Origin: a virus
Lineage: Duplodnaviria; Heunggongvirae; Uroviricota; Caudoviricetes
Length of the DNA stretch: 44,694 nt
Reading direction: 5' to 3' (one strand)
Virus record (IMG/VR): IMGVR_UViG_638341196_000008
Positions 1-12,148 of this stretch are shown piece after piece (position 1 is the stretch's first letter; every line of letters starts with the position of its first letter). The notes under the pieces are model-generated. The model had not been told where the DNA came from, did not search any database, and saw nothing but the letters and a program-made list of their open reading frames with translations. A program made the position numbers and the translations under genes.

Positions 1-2164
<2,164 letters not shown>

Positions 2165-2363
2165 TACGTATCCTTATACCTGAAATCTTCGCAAGTATGC
2201 CTGGCCGCGAGATTATGGCACACTTGTCCGGTTAACTCTCGTCTCATACAGGTAACACAAACGTGAAAATCCTTGTTGATGAAAAAAATGATGACTTAAT
2301 TTATTGATGTAAAAGGATTTATGTCAGCGAGTGTCCACGCAGTGACCACATTTTCGAGTACAG

Positions 2364-2400
2364 ATAACACAAAGCCCGTTTTCACGGGCTTTGTGTTATC
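2364..2400. terminator. Perfect 17-bp stem hairpin (gataacacaaagcccgt / acgggctttgtgttatc), likely terminator of the upstream minus-strand two-gene islet
   Basis: Inverted repeat read directly; lies 32 bp downstream of the 297-aa ORF stop; no strong U-tract on either strand. Confidence 0.45.
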
Positions 2401-2431
2401 TGTGATTGTGGCTAAGCCACATGATTTAATA

Positions 2432-3325
2432 CTATTTCCAGTTACAAGCAGCTTGAAGCGGTTTTAGCGCGTTTGACAGGCCGTTTAAATTGAAAGTTGC
2501 ACTTACGGGGCTCTCATTATAAGGCGTTATTTTTGTATACATTTTGCTTGAGTTGGCTAGTTTTCGGATGAAATCAATGTCATTACCTTTATAAAAAACA
2601 GCCTTTGTATCTGTAGATACTAGCCAGTTTCGCTCAACTGCTTTCTGTTTATCAAGGCGATAAAGCATGCTGGTTTGTTCAAGGCCTAAATATACATCCC
2701 AACTAAGAAATACTTCGGTTTTCTTTTCTCGGCAAGCTATAAACAGAGTAGGAGTAACCGCTTCTCCAAATGGAGTTCTGATATAATCATCACTTTCTAA
2801 CGATAGAATTACATTTTTCGAATCATCAATTGGCGATGTAGTAATGGATGTGTGCCATTTTCCTACATCTGTGGCTTTCTCTAATTTTGATTCAGCTTGA
2901 ACGGCTTTATCCTGTGGGAATAGTTTATCGTAGCAGTTTAGTCTGGCTTCTTTATCATTTTCTGCACGACATTTAGATATCTCAGAAAAATTTGGTTGCT
3001 GAGCCTCTGTTGTTACTGGCTTTTCCGTTTTAGATTTTGAGTTTACAGATGGAGTAAATGTTGGAGAAAAGAAACGATCATAACAAGATAAACGTCTATC
3101 ATCATCTTTCTCATCAGGGCATTGATCTCTGCTTTCGAATTTTTCAGCAACTTTCGTTCGAGTCGGTTGTATTGACTTATCGTAACAAGAAAGTCTGTCT
3201 TTATTATTTTCTATTGCTCGGCACTGGAGTACTGCATTGAAGTTCTTATGTTCAGTTGCTGCGTGAACAGGCAGTACACTAATTGATATAAATGATGCAC
3301 CTATAGAAAAAATTATATTTTTCAT
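2432..3325 (-). CDS. Secreted protein with three RL[S/N]CYD[K/R] repeats and a C-terminal domain; function unknown (possibly T6SS-associated VasI-like, uncertain)
   Basis: N-terminal signal peptide (MKNIIFSIGASFISISVLPVHA); repeats RLSCYDK, RLSCYDRFF, RLNCYDKLF; AT-rich codon usage. Confidence 0.6.
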   Translation of the reverse strand: MKNIIFSIGASFISISVLPVHAATEHKNFNAVLQCRAIENNKDRLSCYDKSIQPTRTKVAEKFESRDQCPDEKDDDRRLSCYDRFFSPTFTPSVNSKSKTEKPVTTEAQQPNFSEISKCRAENDKEARLNCYDKLFPQDKAVQAESKLEKATDVGKWHTSITTSPIDDSKNVILSLESDDYIRTPFGEAVTPTLFIACREKKTEVFLSWDVYLGLEQTSMLYRLDKQKAVERNWLVSTDTKAVFYKGNDIDFIRKLANSSKMYTKITPYNESPVSATFNLNGLSNALKPLQAACNWK

Positions 3326-3329
3326 TTTA

Positions 3330-3662
3330 TTACCCCTTTGGTTTAGTAAGAAATACTAAAATTCCGATAATGATATCGCCAATAACCCATAAGCTTCCAA
3401 TGGTAATTAAACCTAAGCCTGTACCAATAACTGCACCGGCTTTTTCGGCATCGGATGTGGCATTATTTATTATTTCACTAGTGCCTCCTAGTCCAACTAA
3501 AAGCGTATAGGTCATAAAAATATTAAATAATATAAAAACCCACTTAATGATCCGTCCAAAAAATGAACGCTTAAGTTTTTGTAGTTGTTTACCACAAGCA
3601 GGGCAATACAATGCTGAATCGCTTACCTCTTTCTGGCATTCAGGACATTTGATTAATGCCAT
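3330..3662 (-). CDS. Zinc-ribbon membrane protein (CPxC...CPxC followed by two hydrophobic helices), unknown function
   Basis: CPECQ...CPACG motif then TM segments; 4-nt gap to downstream ORF (operon); strong SD AAAGGAGG upstream. Confidence 0.6.
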   Translation of the reverse strand: MALIKCPECQKEVSDSALYCPACGKQLQKLKRSFFGRIIKWVFILFNIFMTYTLLVGLGGTSEIINNATSDAEKAGAVIGTGLGLITIGSLWVIGDIIIGILVFLTKPKG

Positions 3663-3699
3663 GTAATCCGCCTCCTTTGGATTAATACGAGTTGATATT

Positions 3700-3755
3700 T
3701 GTTACAAAACATTTTGATTTTATCAGATTTTTTTTATTGATAAGTGTCAATTGAT
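3700..3755 (-). promoter_or_regulatory. Putative promoter of the islet operon (TTGACA ... TGaTAAAAT extended -10 on minus strand)
   Basis: Hexamers read on the reverse complement upstream of the 3330..3662 ORF; -35/-10 spacing is longer than optimal. Confidence 0.3.
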
Positions 3756-3923
3756 TAGCTGGTATAGAGTGAGGCATATAGAAGGGCTGAGCTGCGTCAG
3801 TATGTGATGCAAAAATCCCACAGTTTCATGGAATTTTTGCATTTAGAGCTGTGAGATAGGGTGCCTTATCGACCTTACCCTGGCAACCGATTGACGGGGG
3901 ATTGCTCCCCCGTCGCGGTTTCC

Positions 3924-4064
3924 TTACTGCTTACACTGTAAGAACGCCGCAAACTCCGCTCCCCAGAAGCTCATCCGTATTTCACACAGCGAACCGTGTA
4001 GCATCCAGATGATGAGGATTACCGTCACGCAGAACGTGATGGCCGTAAGCGATTTTTGCGACAT
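3924..4064 (-). CDS. Hok/Gef-family type I toxin-like small membrane protein, 46 aa (MSQKSLTAITFCVTVILIIWMLHGSLCEIRMSFWGAEFAAFLQCKQ)
   Basis: Hand-translated (below the 60-aa ORF track cutoff); TM helix followed by conserved SLCEIR and E(F)AAFL motif as in HokA/Hok; SD AAGGAG 8 nt upstream. Confidence 0.6.
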   Translation of the reverse strand: MSQKSLTAITFCVTVILIIWMLHGSLCEIRMSFWGAEFAAFLQCKQ

Positions 4065-4255
4065 AGCGCTTGCTCCTTTGTTGGAGAGGCGCTAACCTAT
4101 CACTTGCTTAAGGTAGATATGTTAGGGCCTCGGTTAAACAAAAATGTTTTCCGGGGCCTTTCCACATCTGGCCTTCGGGTATTCCCTCCGACCATCAGCC
4201 GAAAGGCACCCGCGCGTAATCTATCGCTTTTTTGTTACTCCGGCAATTCTGCCTG

Positions 4256-4516
4256 TTAATTCTGAGGTAAAGGCAAACTCATCTGATTGTTTCCCCTGTG
4301 TGAAGCTGGCAGTTCATGCCACGGGATACCTTCTGAAGAGTGAACGCCGGAGGCATGTTTCGATGTGAATTTATGGAAAGCTTCCAGTGTTGAGAAGCAT
4401 ACGCCGCATTCCAAGTTGTTACACTGGTAATACTTTTGCCGCACGGTGTTTGAATCATTTTCCGGACGACTGGTGCGGATACGGGCAGATGCGCCACAAA
4501 GCGGACAACGGAACAT
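4256..4516 (-). CDS. ogr: Ogr-like late transcription activator (C4 zinc finger)
   Basis: MFRCPLCG...C..C motif and similarity to P2 Ogr; sits next to D as in P2. Confidence 0.8.
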   Translation of the reverse strand: MFRCPLCGASARIRTSRPENDSNTVRQKYYQCNNLECGVCFSTLEAFHKFTSKHASGVHSSEGIPWHELPASHRGNNQMSLPLPQN

Positions 4517-4558
4517 AGCGACCTCCCTTAACGTGGTGCTGCCGCTATTCTAAGTTGC

Positions 4559-5668
4559 TCACTCTGTTTCCGCTATCCATTCCGGGATTTTTGCCTCAAG
4601 CTCAAGCTGCGTGGTAAAGCCGCTGTTATCAATGGTGTGCTCGACTTTCGCAATAATCCAGTCCTGATTATCAATCTCGCTTTTAAATCCTGTTACCGTG
4701 CCATGCATTTCGGGGTAGAGTTCTGCGCGTCCACGTGCCAGTGTGATGGAGAACGCTGCGGCTCCGCGTTGTAGCTGCTGCCACTTTGCCGCCGCTGCGC
4801 GTCTTGCTGCCTGCTCGTTCTGATAAGTCTTGCGTAACACAAACACATTGCCTTCCGCGCCTTCCATATAATCACCTTCACGGCTGCTGCTTTTCTCCTT
4901 TTTCGGTTTGGGTGGTTTGCGGCGTTTCACGCTGACTTTTTTCTTTTTCCCATAGTTAAGATCAAGCCAGTAGGCGCGCACCCCCGTATACGCCTCGCGG
5001 TCAGCAATGCGGAACTGATGGCGATCGCCGCTGCTGCGTGTGATGGCGAACGATGGCAACGGCTGGCCCTGTGCGTTCACGCCACCACCTGGCATGATGA
5101 ATAACAGATTGCCGCTTTTTACCGTGGTGATTGCGCCCAGCATTTCCGCCATGCGCGTAAGGAAGGACATGTCGCTTTCTTCGGTCTGGTCGGCGTGGTC
5201 GATTTCGATCTCCATCAGCATTTCGCTGATTTGCGGTTTCAGACCGTACCGATGAGCGATGGCAGATACCACGCGCTCAACGGTCACATCATGCCAGGAT
5301 ACTTCATGTTTAACGTTAAATTCATCCCGAAAATCTGCGCTTCTGGCTGAAACAGTCAGCCTGTCCGGCGGTCATTCGTGAGCGATTTCATCAACAATGT
5401 AAGTGCCTTTTTCTGTCAGCGGTTCTCCTTTCCAGCCAATGAGAACCGTCAGGCGCGCGCCCCGTGGCGGTAGCTGCAACTGACCATCCGCATCATCCAG
5501 CGTGATGGTGAGCTGGTCCGCCTCAAATCCCCGGTTGTCGGTCAGTGACAGGCTCATCAGGCGCTCTGCCACGCCTGACAGCGCTTTACCCTCCGCGAGA
5601 ATATCAAAATCCGGCATTTTCACGGGGTCTGTGCCCTGACTGAGCAATTGCATGGTGGTGTCGGTCAT
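4559..5668 (-). pseudogene. D: P2 gpD-like tail protein interrupted by an in-frame TGA at 5372-5374
   Basis: ORFs 5372..5800 and 4559..5287 are in the same frame (start offset 87 nt); hand translation across the gap reads ...DEIAHE*PPDRLTVSARSADFRDEF...; SD GGGAGGG before ATG at 5668. Confidence 0.7.
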
Positions 5669-5825
5669 CTGTTCCCTCCCTGTGCGGCATGGTCGCATGT
5701 GCGTGCGGAGGGGGTTACTGCTTTTTGTTGTCGCCGTGGCGGGAGAACGGCGCAGGGGTGAGATTACGCGCGTGGTGGGTGATGATTGTTGCCGAATCAT
5801 TTAACGGATACAAGGGGCTGAAGCT

Positions 5826-7010
5826 ATGAGTGAAACTCGTTTTCATGGTGCCCGTGTTACGGAAAATACCGACCTGGTAACAGCGATTAACGATGTTGAT
5901 TCCAGCATTATCGGTATCGTGGCAACGGCGGATGATGCGGACGCGAAGCTGTTCCCGCTGAACAAGCCCACACTGCTGACCCGCGTCAATGACGTGCTGG
6001 GAAAATGCGGGACAACGGGGACGCTTTATCGTGCGCTTAAGGCCATCGCAGACCAGGTGAGCACAAAGGTGATCGTCGTTCGCGTGGCTGAACACAAAGA
6101 AGAAGACGGAAAGACGCAGGATCAACTGGTTATCGGTGGTTCTGAGGATGACGGCAGCTATACGGGGATGTATGCGCTGCTTGTTGCAGAGCAGGATGAA
6201 AGCATCGGATACCGTCCGCGTATTCTGGCCGCGCCGGAGCTGGACACGGAGGCGGTAACAAAATCCCTGTGCGTGATTGCGGGTAAACTGCGCGCGTTTG
6301 TGTATGCCTCATGTCACGGCTGTAACACGATGGCTGAGGCGATTATCTACCGCCAGAAATTCAACGAACGTGAGGTGATGCTTCTGTGGCCGGATTTTAT
6401 CGCTTACAACCCGAAAAGTGGTAAAAACGAAACGTTCCCCGCGCCTGCTTATGCGTGCGGCCTTCGTGCGTATATTGACCATGAGCAGGGCTGGCACAAA
6501 TCGCTGTCCAATGTTCCGGTTAAAAATGTCCTGGGCATGTCAAAACATGTTTTCTGGTCGTTACAGGCCGAGGACAGTGACGCCAACAGCCTCAACAACA
6601 AGGAAATCACCACCATCATTCGCCGCAACGGGTTCCGCTTCTGGGGCAACCGCACACCGGAAACGAACGCCTACATCTTTGAGGTGTATACCCGAACCGC
6701 ACAGGTGCTGGCTGATTCAATTGCGGAAGCGCAGTTTGAAACCATCGACAGTCCACTGACACCTGCGAACGTGAAGGATGTTATCAGCGCCATCAGGGCA
6801 AAACTGGATTCGCTGGTTACTGCCGGGAAACTGATTGGTGCGGAGTGCTGGTATGACGTGGTGGATAACGGCACCACGGATTTACGTCAGGGACGTGTGC
6901 GTATTCGCTACAAATATACGCCCGTTCCGCCACTGGAAGACATGGAGCTTTACCAGACGTTTACTGATGAATTCTTTGGTCCCGCATTTGCGGTGCTGGG
7001 AGGTGCCTGA
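5826..7010 (+). CDS. FI: Tail sheath protein (P2 gpFI-like)
   Basis: 394-aa ORF, length and sequence typical of contractile tail sheath; followed by tube gene. Confidence 0.85.
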   Translation: MSETRFHGARVTENTDLVTAINDVDSSIIGIVATADDADAKLFPLNKPTLLTRVNDVLGKCGTTGTLYRALKAIADQVSTKVIVVRVAEHKEEDGKTQDQLVIGGSEDDGSYTGMYALLVAEQDESIGYRPRILAAPELDTEAVTKSLCVIAGKLRAFVYASCHGCNTMAEAIIYRQKFNEREVMLLWPDFIAYNPKSGKNETFPAPAYACGLRAYIDHEQGWHKSLSNVPVKNVLGMSKHVFWSLQAEDSDANSLNNKEITTIIRRNGFRFWGNRTPETNAYIFEVYTRTAQVLADSIAEAQFETIDSPLTPANVKDVISAIRAKLDSLVTAGKLIGAECWYDVVDNGTTDLRQGRVRIRYKYTPVPPLEDMELYQTFTDEFFGPAFAVLGGA

Positions 7011-7520
7011 TGGCTGTACCAAAACATCTTCGCTTTTTTACGTTGTTTGTGGATGGTGAAAACGAAGTGGGCAAAGTGACATCCGTCACGCCGCCCAAAC
7101 TGACGCGCAAAACCGACAGCTATCGTGGTGGTGGCATGATGGGGGCGGTAAGTATTGATCTCGGTCTGGACGACTCCGCGCTTGATGCGAGTTTTGTCAT
7201 GGGGGGAGCTGTTCGTGCGCTGTTCCTTAAATATGGCGGCACGATTGACGGCACGCTGCTGCGTTTTGCGGGTGAATACTACACCGATGCAGAAAGCGAT
7301 CTGTATGAAATCGAGATGCGCGGGCGTGTGACGGAAATTGATATGGGGAAGCCAAACAGGGCGAAGCCACATCACACACTTACGCTGTCAAAAACACCTA
7401 CTACAAGCTGAGCGTTAACGATCGCCCGCTGTGGGAAATCGACCTGTTGAACCACATCTACCGGAAGGACGGCAAGGACATTGTGCCTGACCGTATCCGT
7501 TCCGCGCTTGGGCTTGGCTG
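7010..7520 (+). pseudogene. FII: Tail tube protein (P2 gpFII-like) with C-terminal frameshift
   Basis: ORF ends at 7411; the conserved C-terminus (...YKLSVNDRPLWEIDLLNHIYRKDG...GLG*) continues in another frame to 7520. Confidence 0.7.
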
Positions 7521-7576
7521 ATAAGTAATATGCAGGCGGCGCAGTGCGTCGCCTCTGACTGAAAAGGAGACAACTA

Positions 7577-8115
7577 ATGAAAGACATCGATACTGAAACC
7601 CGGAATAACACCGTGGCGGATGATGTGACGGCAGGTGAGGATATGGCTGTCGAACGTGGCGTAAAACTGACCCGACCAATTGAGCGTGGTGGCGAAAAAA
7701 TCACGTATGTGGAGATCACCGGGGCTATTGAGCAGGGTGGATCCCTGCGTGGTCTGTCGCTGTCTGATGTGCTGAATCTGAAAGCGGATACCATGTTTAC
7801 GCTGTTGCCTCGCGTGACCTCGCCACGACTGGATGAAGTGATGATTAAAAAAATGTCGTCACGCGATTTTATTCAGTTGTGCGCTGTGGCTGTAAATTTT
7901 ATGAGCGAGCCAGACTCTGGCGCGAAGAGCGTGCAGGAGACGGCAGCGTAATCACCCTGGTGTGCTTTGAGCACATCGAAGATCTGGTGGCGGATATTGC
8001 CGCCATTTTTAACTGGTCGCCCGCCGAAATCTTCATGATGACGCCCGGCGAAGTGGTTAGCTGGCGCGAGCGGGCGGCACTTCGCAGCGGGAATGCAGAT
8101 AATGAAGACTCTTGA
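7577..8115 (+). CDS. E: Tail assembly chaperone E with -1 frame extension E' (gpE/E'-like); shift site not identified
   Basis: E ORF 7577..7951; a -1 frame is open from 7849 to 8115 and overlaps the T start, as in P2 E/E'; A7 run at 7846-7852; E is longer than P2 E. Confidence 0.55.
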
Positions 8116-10909
8116 TATCCGGGTCGCTTTCAGCGCCGTTGACAGGCTGACCCGGCCTGCCGAAAACGCCCGCCGCCTGATGGGGCAGTTTGGTGACTCC
8201 ATCCAGCGAACTCAGGGGGCGATCAAAAATCTCGAGCGTCAGGCGCGTTCATTTGAGCGCGCCCGTGACGCTGTCAGTAAAGCGGATGCGGGCATCGTGA
8301 AAGCACGACGCCAGCTTAACGCCCTTAATCAGTTACAACGCACGGGTACAGTGCTCAGCGAAAAACAACAAAAGCTGATGCAGCAGTTAAGCACCCGGCT
8401 TGAACGCCTGAATGAATCGCGCACACGGGAAATTCAGAAAATGCGGGAGCTTGGCGGAGAGCTGAAACGCCACGGCATTTCCCTGACAGGCAGCGATAAC
8501 ACCATCCAGCAGGCCATCAGACGCACCGAACAGTACAACAACCAGCTTGAACGCGAACGGCAGGCGCTTGCGCGTGTAACGCGGGCGCGTGAGCGGTATT
8601 CGCGCGCGCAGGAAACAGCGGGAAAACTGAAAACAGGTGGTGCGCTGGCAATTGGGGCGGCAGCGGCGGGCGGCTATGCTGCCGGGCGTTTTTTGCAGCC
8701 CGCGATCGGGTTCGGCAAAGAGATGTCCCGCGTTCAGGCACTGACGCGAATAGACAAAAACAGCCCGCAGTTTAAAGCGCTGCGTGAGCAGGCGTTAAAA
8801 CTTGGCTCTGAAACACAGTTTACTGCGAGTGATGCCGCCAGTGGGCAGAGCTTTCTGGCAATGGCTGGTTTTACTCCGCAGACCATTCAGGCCGCATTGC
8901 CCGGTGTTCTTAATATGGCGCTGGCAGGTGGCGTCGAACTCGGCGAGACAGATGATATAGGCTCCAATATCCTCACACAGTTCAACCTGACAGCCGATCA
9001 AATGGACCGGGTCGGCGATACGCTGACAGCGGCATTCACCCGGACCAATACTGATTTACGCGCGCTGGGCGAAACCATGAAGTATACCGGTCCGGTTGCC
9101 GCAAAACTTGGTATCAGTCTTGAAGAAGCGGCAGCCATGGCCGGGATGCTTGCCAATAATGGTCTTCGTGGAAGCGATGCTGGTACGGCCATGCGCGCAA
9201 GTCTGTCCCGCCTTGCATCACCGCCAAAAGCTGCGGCTGATGCGCTGAAAGAGCTTGGGGTGTCAGTTGCTGACGCCAGAGGCAAAATGCGCCCGATGGA
9301 GGATGTGCTGCTTGATCTCTATAAGGCGACACAAAAATACGGACAGGTGGACCAGGTCTCCTTCTTCAAGGACATCGCCGGAGAAGAGGCGTTCGTTGGT
9401 TTGCAGACGCTTGTTGCGGCGGCTGGTTCAGGAGAGCTGCAAAAACTGACCAGAGAATTGCAGGGGGCAAGGGGAGAGGCCGATCGCGTTGCAAAAGTAA
9501 TGGCCGATAATCTTGATGGGGACCTGAAAAATCTCGACAGCGCATGGGAAGGTCTTCGTATTCGCATCAGTGATCTGGTTGACGGTCCGCTGCGTTCTGT
9601 CACGCAGTGGCTCACGCGGGTGCTTGAAAAAATCACCTCGCTGGCGCAGGCCCATCCGGTACTGACGCGCCAGCTACTGATAGCAGGCGGTGCGTTGCTG
9701 GCAATGACTGCAACGATTGGCTCATTGTCGCTGGTTATTGGGGCGCTTTACGGGAAGCTGGCCACCCTGCGTCTTGGTTTTGACATTCTTACCCGGTCAA
9801 TGAATGTCGTCAGGGTTTTGCCTGCGCTGTGGGGAATGGTGACGGGTTCCGTTTCTTTACTGGGAGGCGCTATCGGGGCGCTGTTCAGTCCGGTTGGTCT
9901 TATCGTAGCTGCGCTTGCCGGAGCTGCCGTTCTTATCTGGAAATACTGGGATCCCATCAGGGCATTTTTTGCCGGGGTGTTCAGCGGGATTATGGAAAGG
10001 CTGACCCCGTTGCGCGAAACCTTTGAACGGTTTGGTCCTGTTTTTGAAGCAATCGGAAGCGGGATCAGCCAGGTGTTTAACTGGTTTAAATCGCTGCTGT
10101 CACCGATGGAGTCCAGCAAGGAAACGCTGGATAAATGTACCAGTGCTGGCGAGATATTCGGTAACGTTCTTGGCGGTGCGTTACAACTTGTTCTGACACT
10201 TGCAAAAATGTTGCTGGATACGCTGGCGTGGATACTTGAAAAGCTCGGTGTGCTTCCGGATGAAGCGGAAAGGGCGCGCAAGAAAATCGAAGACGCACAG
10301 CGTGCGGCCATTCTTCAGGACAAGGTTGCCTTGCTTCAGGGGGACCTGGCGAAAATCAATCCGCCGAAGCCTGTGGAAAATGGCAATGGCACCGGAGGTG
10401 ATAAGCCCAAAGACAACAAACCGCTCACAGATAGCAATACCGGTACGCTACGCAGACTCAGCAAAATTGCTGATAACACAGGTAAGCTGGTTGATGAGAC
10501 GAAAAAACGCATTGGCCCCGGCGATATTGTCTTTAAGAACCTGCCCCGCGCACTTGCTGTTCGTGGGGAGTGGCAGGAGCGGAAGATTGCGCAGGTCAGT
10601 AAGCCTGCCCCCGCAATTAATATCACCCCCGTGGTTCCGGCTCCGCTGCCTCCTGCGCTGGTCCCTGTTATTGCGGCCAGCTCCCGCCCGGTGGCGGAGG
10701 CCATACGATCGCCAGTGGCATCAGTTCCTGCAACTTCCCGTAACCGGGAGCCTGTTGCCTCCGGATTTGGCGGTGAAATTCATGTTCATCTGCATAACGT
10801 TGTTACGCAGAATCCCCGCGAACTGGCGAAACTGGTCGGTGAAATGGTCAGGGCAGAAATGGAACGGCGCGCCCGTGCCTGGCGTGGCAGTTTTTACGAT
10901 AAAGATTGA
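8093..10909 (+). CDS. T: Tail tape measure protein (gpT-like)
   Basis: 938-aa ORF with coiled-coil N-terminus and hydrophobic central region, downstream of E/E'. Confidence 0.85.
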   Translation: MQIMKTLDIRVAFSAVDRLTRPAENARRLMGQFGDSIQRTQGAIKNLERQARSFERARDAVSKADAGIVKARRQLNALNQLQRTGTVLSEKQQKLMQQLSTRLERLNESRTREIQKMRELGGELKRHGISLTGSDNTIQQAIRRTEQYNNQLERERQALARVTRARERYSRAQETAGKLKTGGALAIGAAAAGGYAAGRFLQPAIGFGKEMSRVQALTRIDKNSPQFKALREQALKLGSETQFTASDAASGQSFLAMAGFTPQTIQAALPGVLNMALAGGVELGETDDIGSNILTQFNLTADQMDRVGDTLTAAFTRTNTDLRALGETMKYTGPVAAKLGISLEEAAAMAGMLANNGLRGSDAGTAMRASLSRLASPPKAAADALKELGVSVADARGKMRPMEDVLLDLYKATQKYGQVDQVSFFKDIAGEEAFVGLQTLVAAAGSGELQKLTRELQGARGEADRVAKVMADNLDGDLKNLDSAWEGLRIRISDLVDGPLRSVTQWLTRVLEKITSLAQAHPVLTRQLLIAGGALLAMTATIGSLSLVIGALYGKLATLRLGFDILTRSMNVVRVLPALWGMVTGSVSLLGGAIGALFSPVGLIVAALAGAAVLIWKYWDPIRAFFAGVFSGIMERLTPLRETFERFGPVFEAIGSGISQVFNWFKSLLSPMESSKETLDKCTSAGEIFGNVLGGALQLVLTLAKMLLDTLAWILEKLGVLPDEAERARKKIEDAQRAAILQDKVALLQGDLAKINPPKPVENGNGTGGDKPKDNKPLTDSNTGTLRRLSKIADNTGKLVDETKKRIGPGDIVFKNLPRALAVRGEWQERKIAQVSKPAPAINITPVVPAPLPPALVPVIAASSRPVAEAIRSPVASVPATSRNREPVASGFGGEIHVHLHNVVTQNPRELAKLVGEMVRAEMERRARAWRGSFYDKD

Positions 10910-10915
10910 GGAGTC

Positions 10916-11410
10916 ATGGCCATGATGATGATCTACGGCATGTTTGTTTTTGAGCTGCGCACGTTGCCGCATCAGCAGTTACAGCAAAACAAAAGCTGGC
11001 GACATGTGAAAAATGAACGCGTTAACCGTTCAGCAAGCTGGCAGTATATCGGTGCAGGTGATGATCGCATCGTTCTTTCTGGTGTTCTTTATCCTGAGAT
11101 TACTGGTGGCGAAGTGTCGCTGTCGTTGTTGACCACGCAGGCATATACAGGACGTCCTTGGCCTTTGATTGATGGCGTCGGGCAGATTTACGGCATGTAT
11201 GTCCTGACCGGAACGAATACGACCCGCTCCGAGTTTGATCGCTACGGTAAGGCGAAAAAGATAGAATTTTCACTGACTCTTGAACGCTGTGACGAGGATT
11301 TGCGGGAGCGCCTGCAATCCTCATCGTTCAGCGATATGCTGTCCGGCTTCAAAGATAAGGTGACATCATCCCTTAATAGCGCGGCCAGCTCAGTTAAGGG
11401 GCTGCTCTGA
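10916..11410 (+). CDS. U: Tail protein gpU-like
   Basis: 164-aa ORF immediately after T; position matches P2 U. Confidence 0.75.
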   Translation: MAMMMIYGMFVFELRTLPHQQLQQNKSWRHVKNERVNRSASWQYIGAGDDRIVLSGVLYPEITGGEVSLSLLTTQAYTGRPWPLIDGVGQIYGMYVLTGTNTTRSEFDRYGKAKKIEFSLTLERCDEDLRERLQSSSFSDMLSGFKDKVTSSLNSAASSVKGLL

Positions 11411-11566
11411 TTTAACGTATGTCGCCAATTTCCTGATGAAGGTGACTGGCGACTTGCTGTTGTATGTCCTTCTCAGAAAATTGTTTTTGAATAACAAATA
11501 ACAGGATTTTATAATCTCTTAACCTTATAACATGTGTGGTCTGAAATAATAATTAAGGAGATTATC

Positions 11567-12139
11567 GTGCTATCTTACTTAATGGCAATTCACTTTGTTT
11601 TATTTGGAAACTCTACTAATTTAAAAAACTTCTGGAAACATGAAGTAATTCGGCGGAAACGTATGGATATCTGGAGGCTTTTAAGAGAGAAAAAGCAGCG
11701 TAACCGGAATTTCCTTTTCTGGTGGCGGTTGGCTAACGAAATGTATATTAATGGTAATAAATTACATAAGAAAGCAGCCAAAAAGTTAAACAGTAAAATA
11801 ATTAACAAGTTTGGTTGTGAAATAGGATTGGGCGCAAATATTGGAAAAGGGTTGACAATTCCCCATCATGCTGGAATTGTTGTTCATTTTGCTGTTGATG
11901 CGGGTGAAAATCTGGTATTACGACAGAATACTACCATTGGACAGATAGATGGTGATATGCCTGGTTCAAGAGTAAAAATTGGTAGTAACGTTGATATCGG
12001 AGCTAATTGTTGCATCATTGGATTATCACGTAAAATTGGGGATAATGTAAAAATAGGTGCAATGTCTTTTATAAATAAAGATATACCATCAAATTGCACA
12101 TATATAACTAAAAAGAGTGGTGTTGTATTGTATAAATAG
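11567..12139 (+). CDS. Hexapeptide-repeat (left-handed beta-helix) acetyltransferase, cargo gene in AT-rich segment
   Basis: Repeats IGLGANIGKGLTI / VKIGSNVDIGANCCIIG / IGDNVKIGA typical of CysE/NeuO/WcaB-type O-acetyltransferases; SD AAGGAG then GTG at 11567. Confidence 0.75.
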   Translation: MLSYLMAIHFVLFGNSTNLKNFWKHEVIRRKRMDIWRLLREKKQRNRNFLFWWRLANEMYINGNKLHKKAAKKLNSKIINKFGCEIGLGANIGKGLTIPHHAGIVVHFAVDAGENLVLRQNTTIGQIDGDMPGSRVKIGSNVDIGANCCIIGLSRKIGDNVKIGAMSFINKDIPSNCTYITKKSGVVLYK

Positions 12140-12148
12140 AGTACATAA

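Noticed and set aside
3663-3923. tRNA gene or att core at the prophage-chromosome junction
   Set aside because: No tRNA-like cloverleaf recognised by eye; the other prophage end is outside the window so the att core cannot be defined
5669-5825. Ogr-dependent late promoter (TGT-N12-ACA) upstream of FI
   Set aside because: No clean match found by eye; left as unannotated
9748-10925. Several 180-240-aa ORFs overlapping the tape measure gene in other frames and strands
   Set aside because: Overlap a conserved long gene; Arg/Ser/Pro-rich low-complexity translations
5797-11425. Shared ATTTAACG 8-mer near both ends of the inverted tail block as recombination site
   Set aside because: The two copies are in direct, not inverted, orientation and too short to support a mechanism
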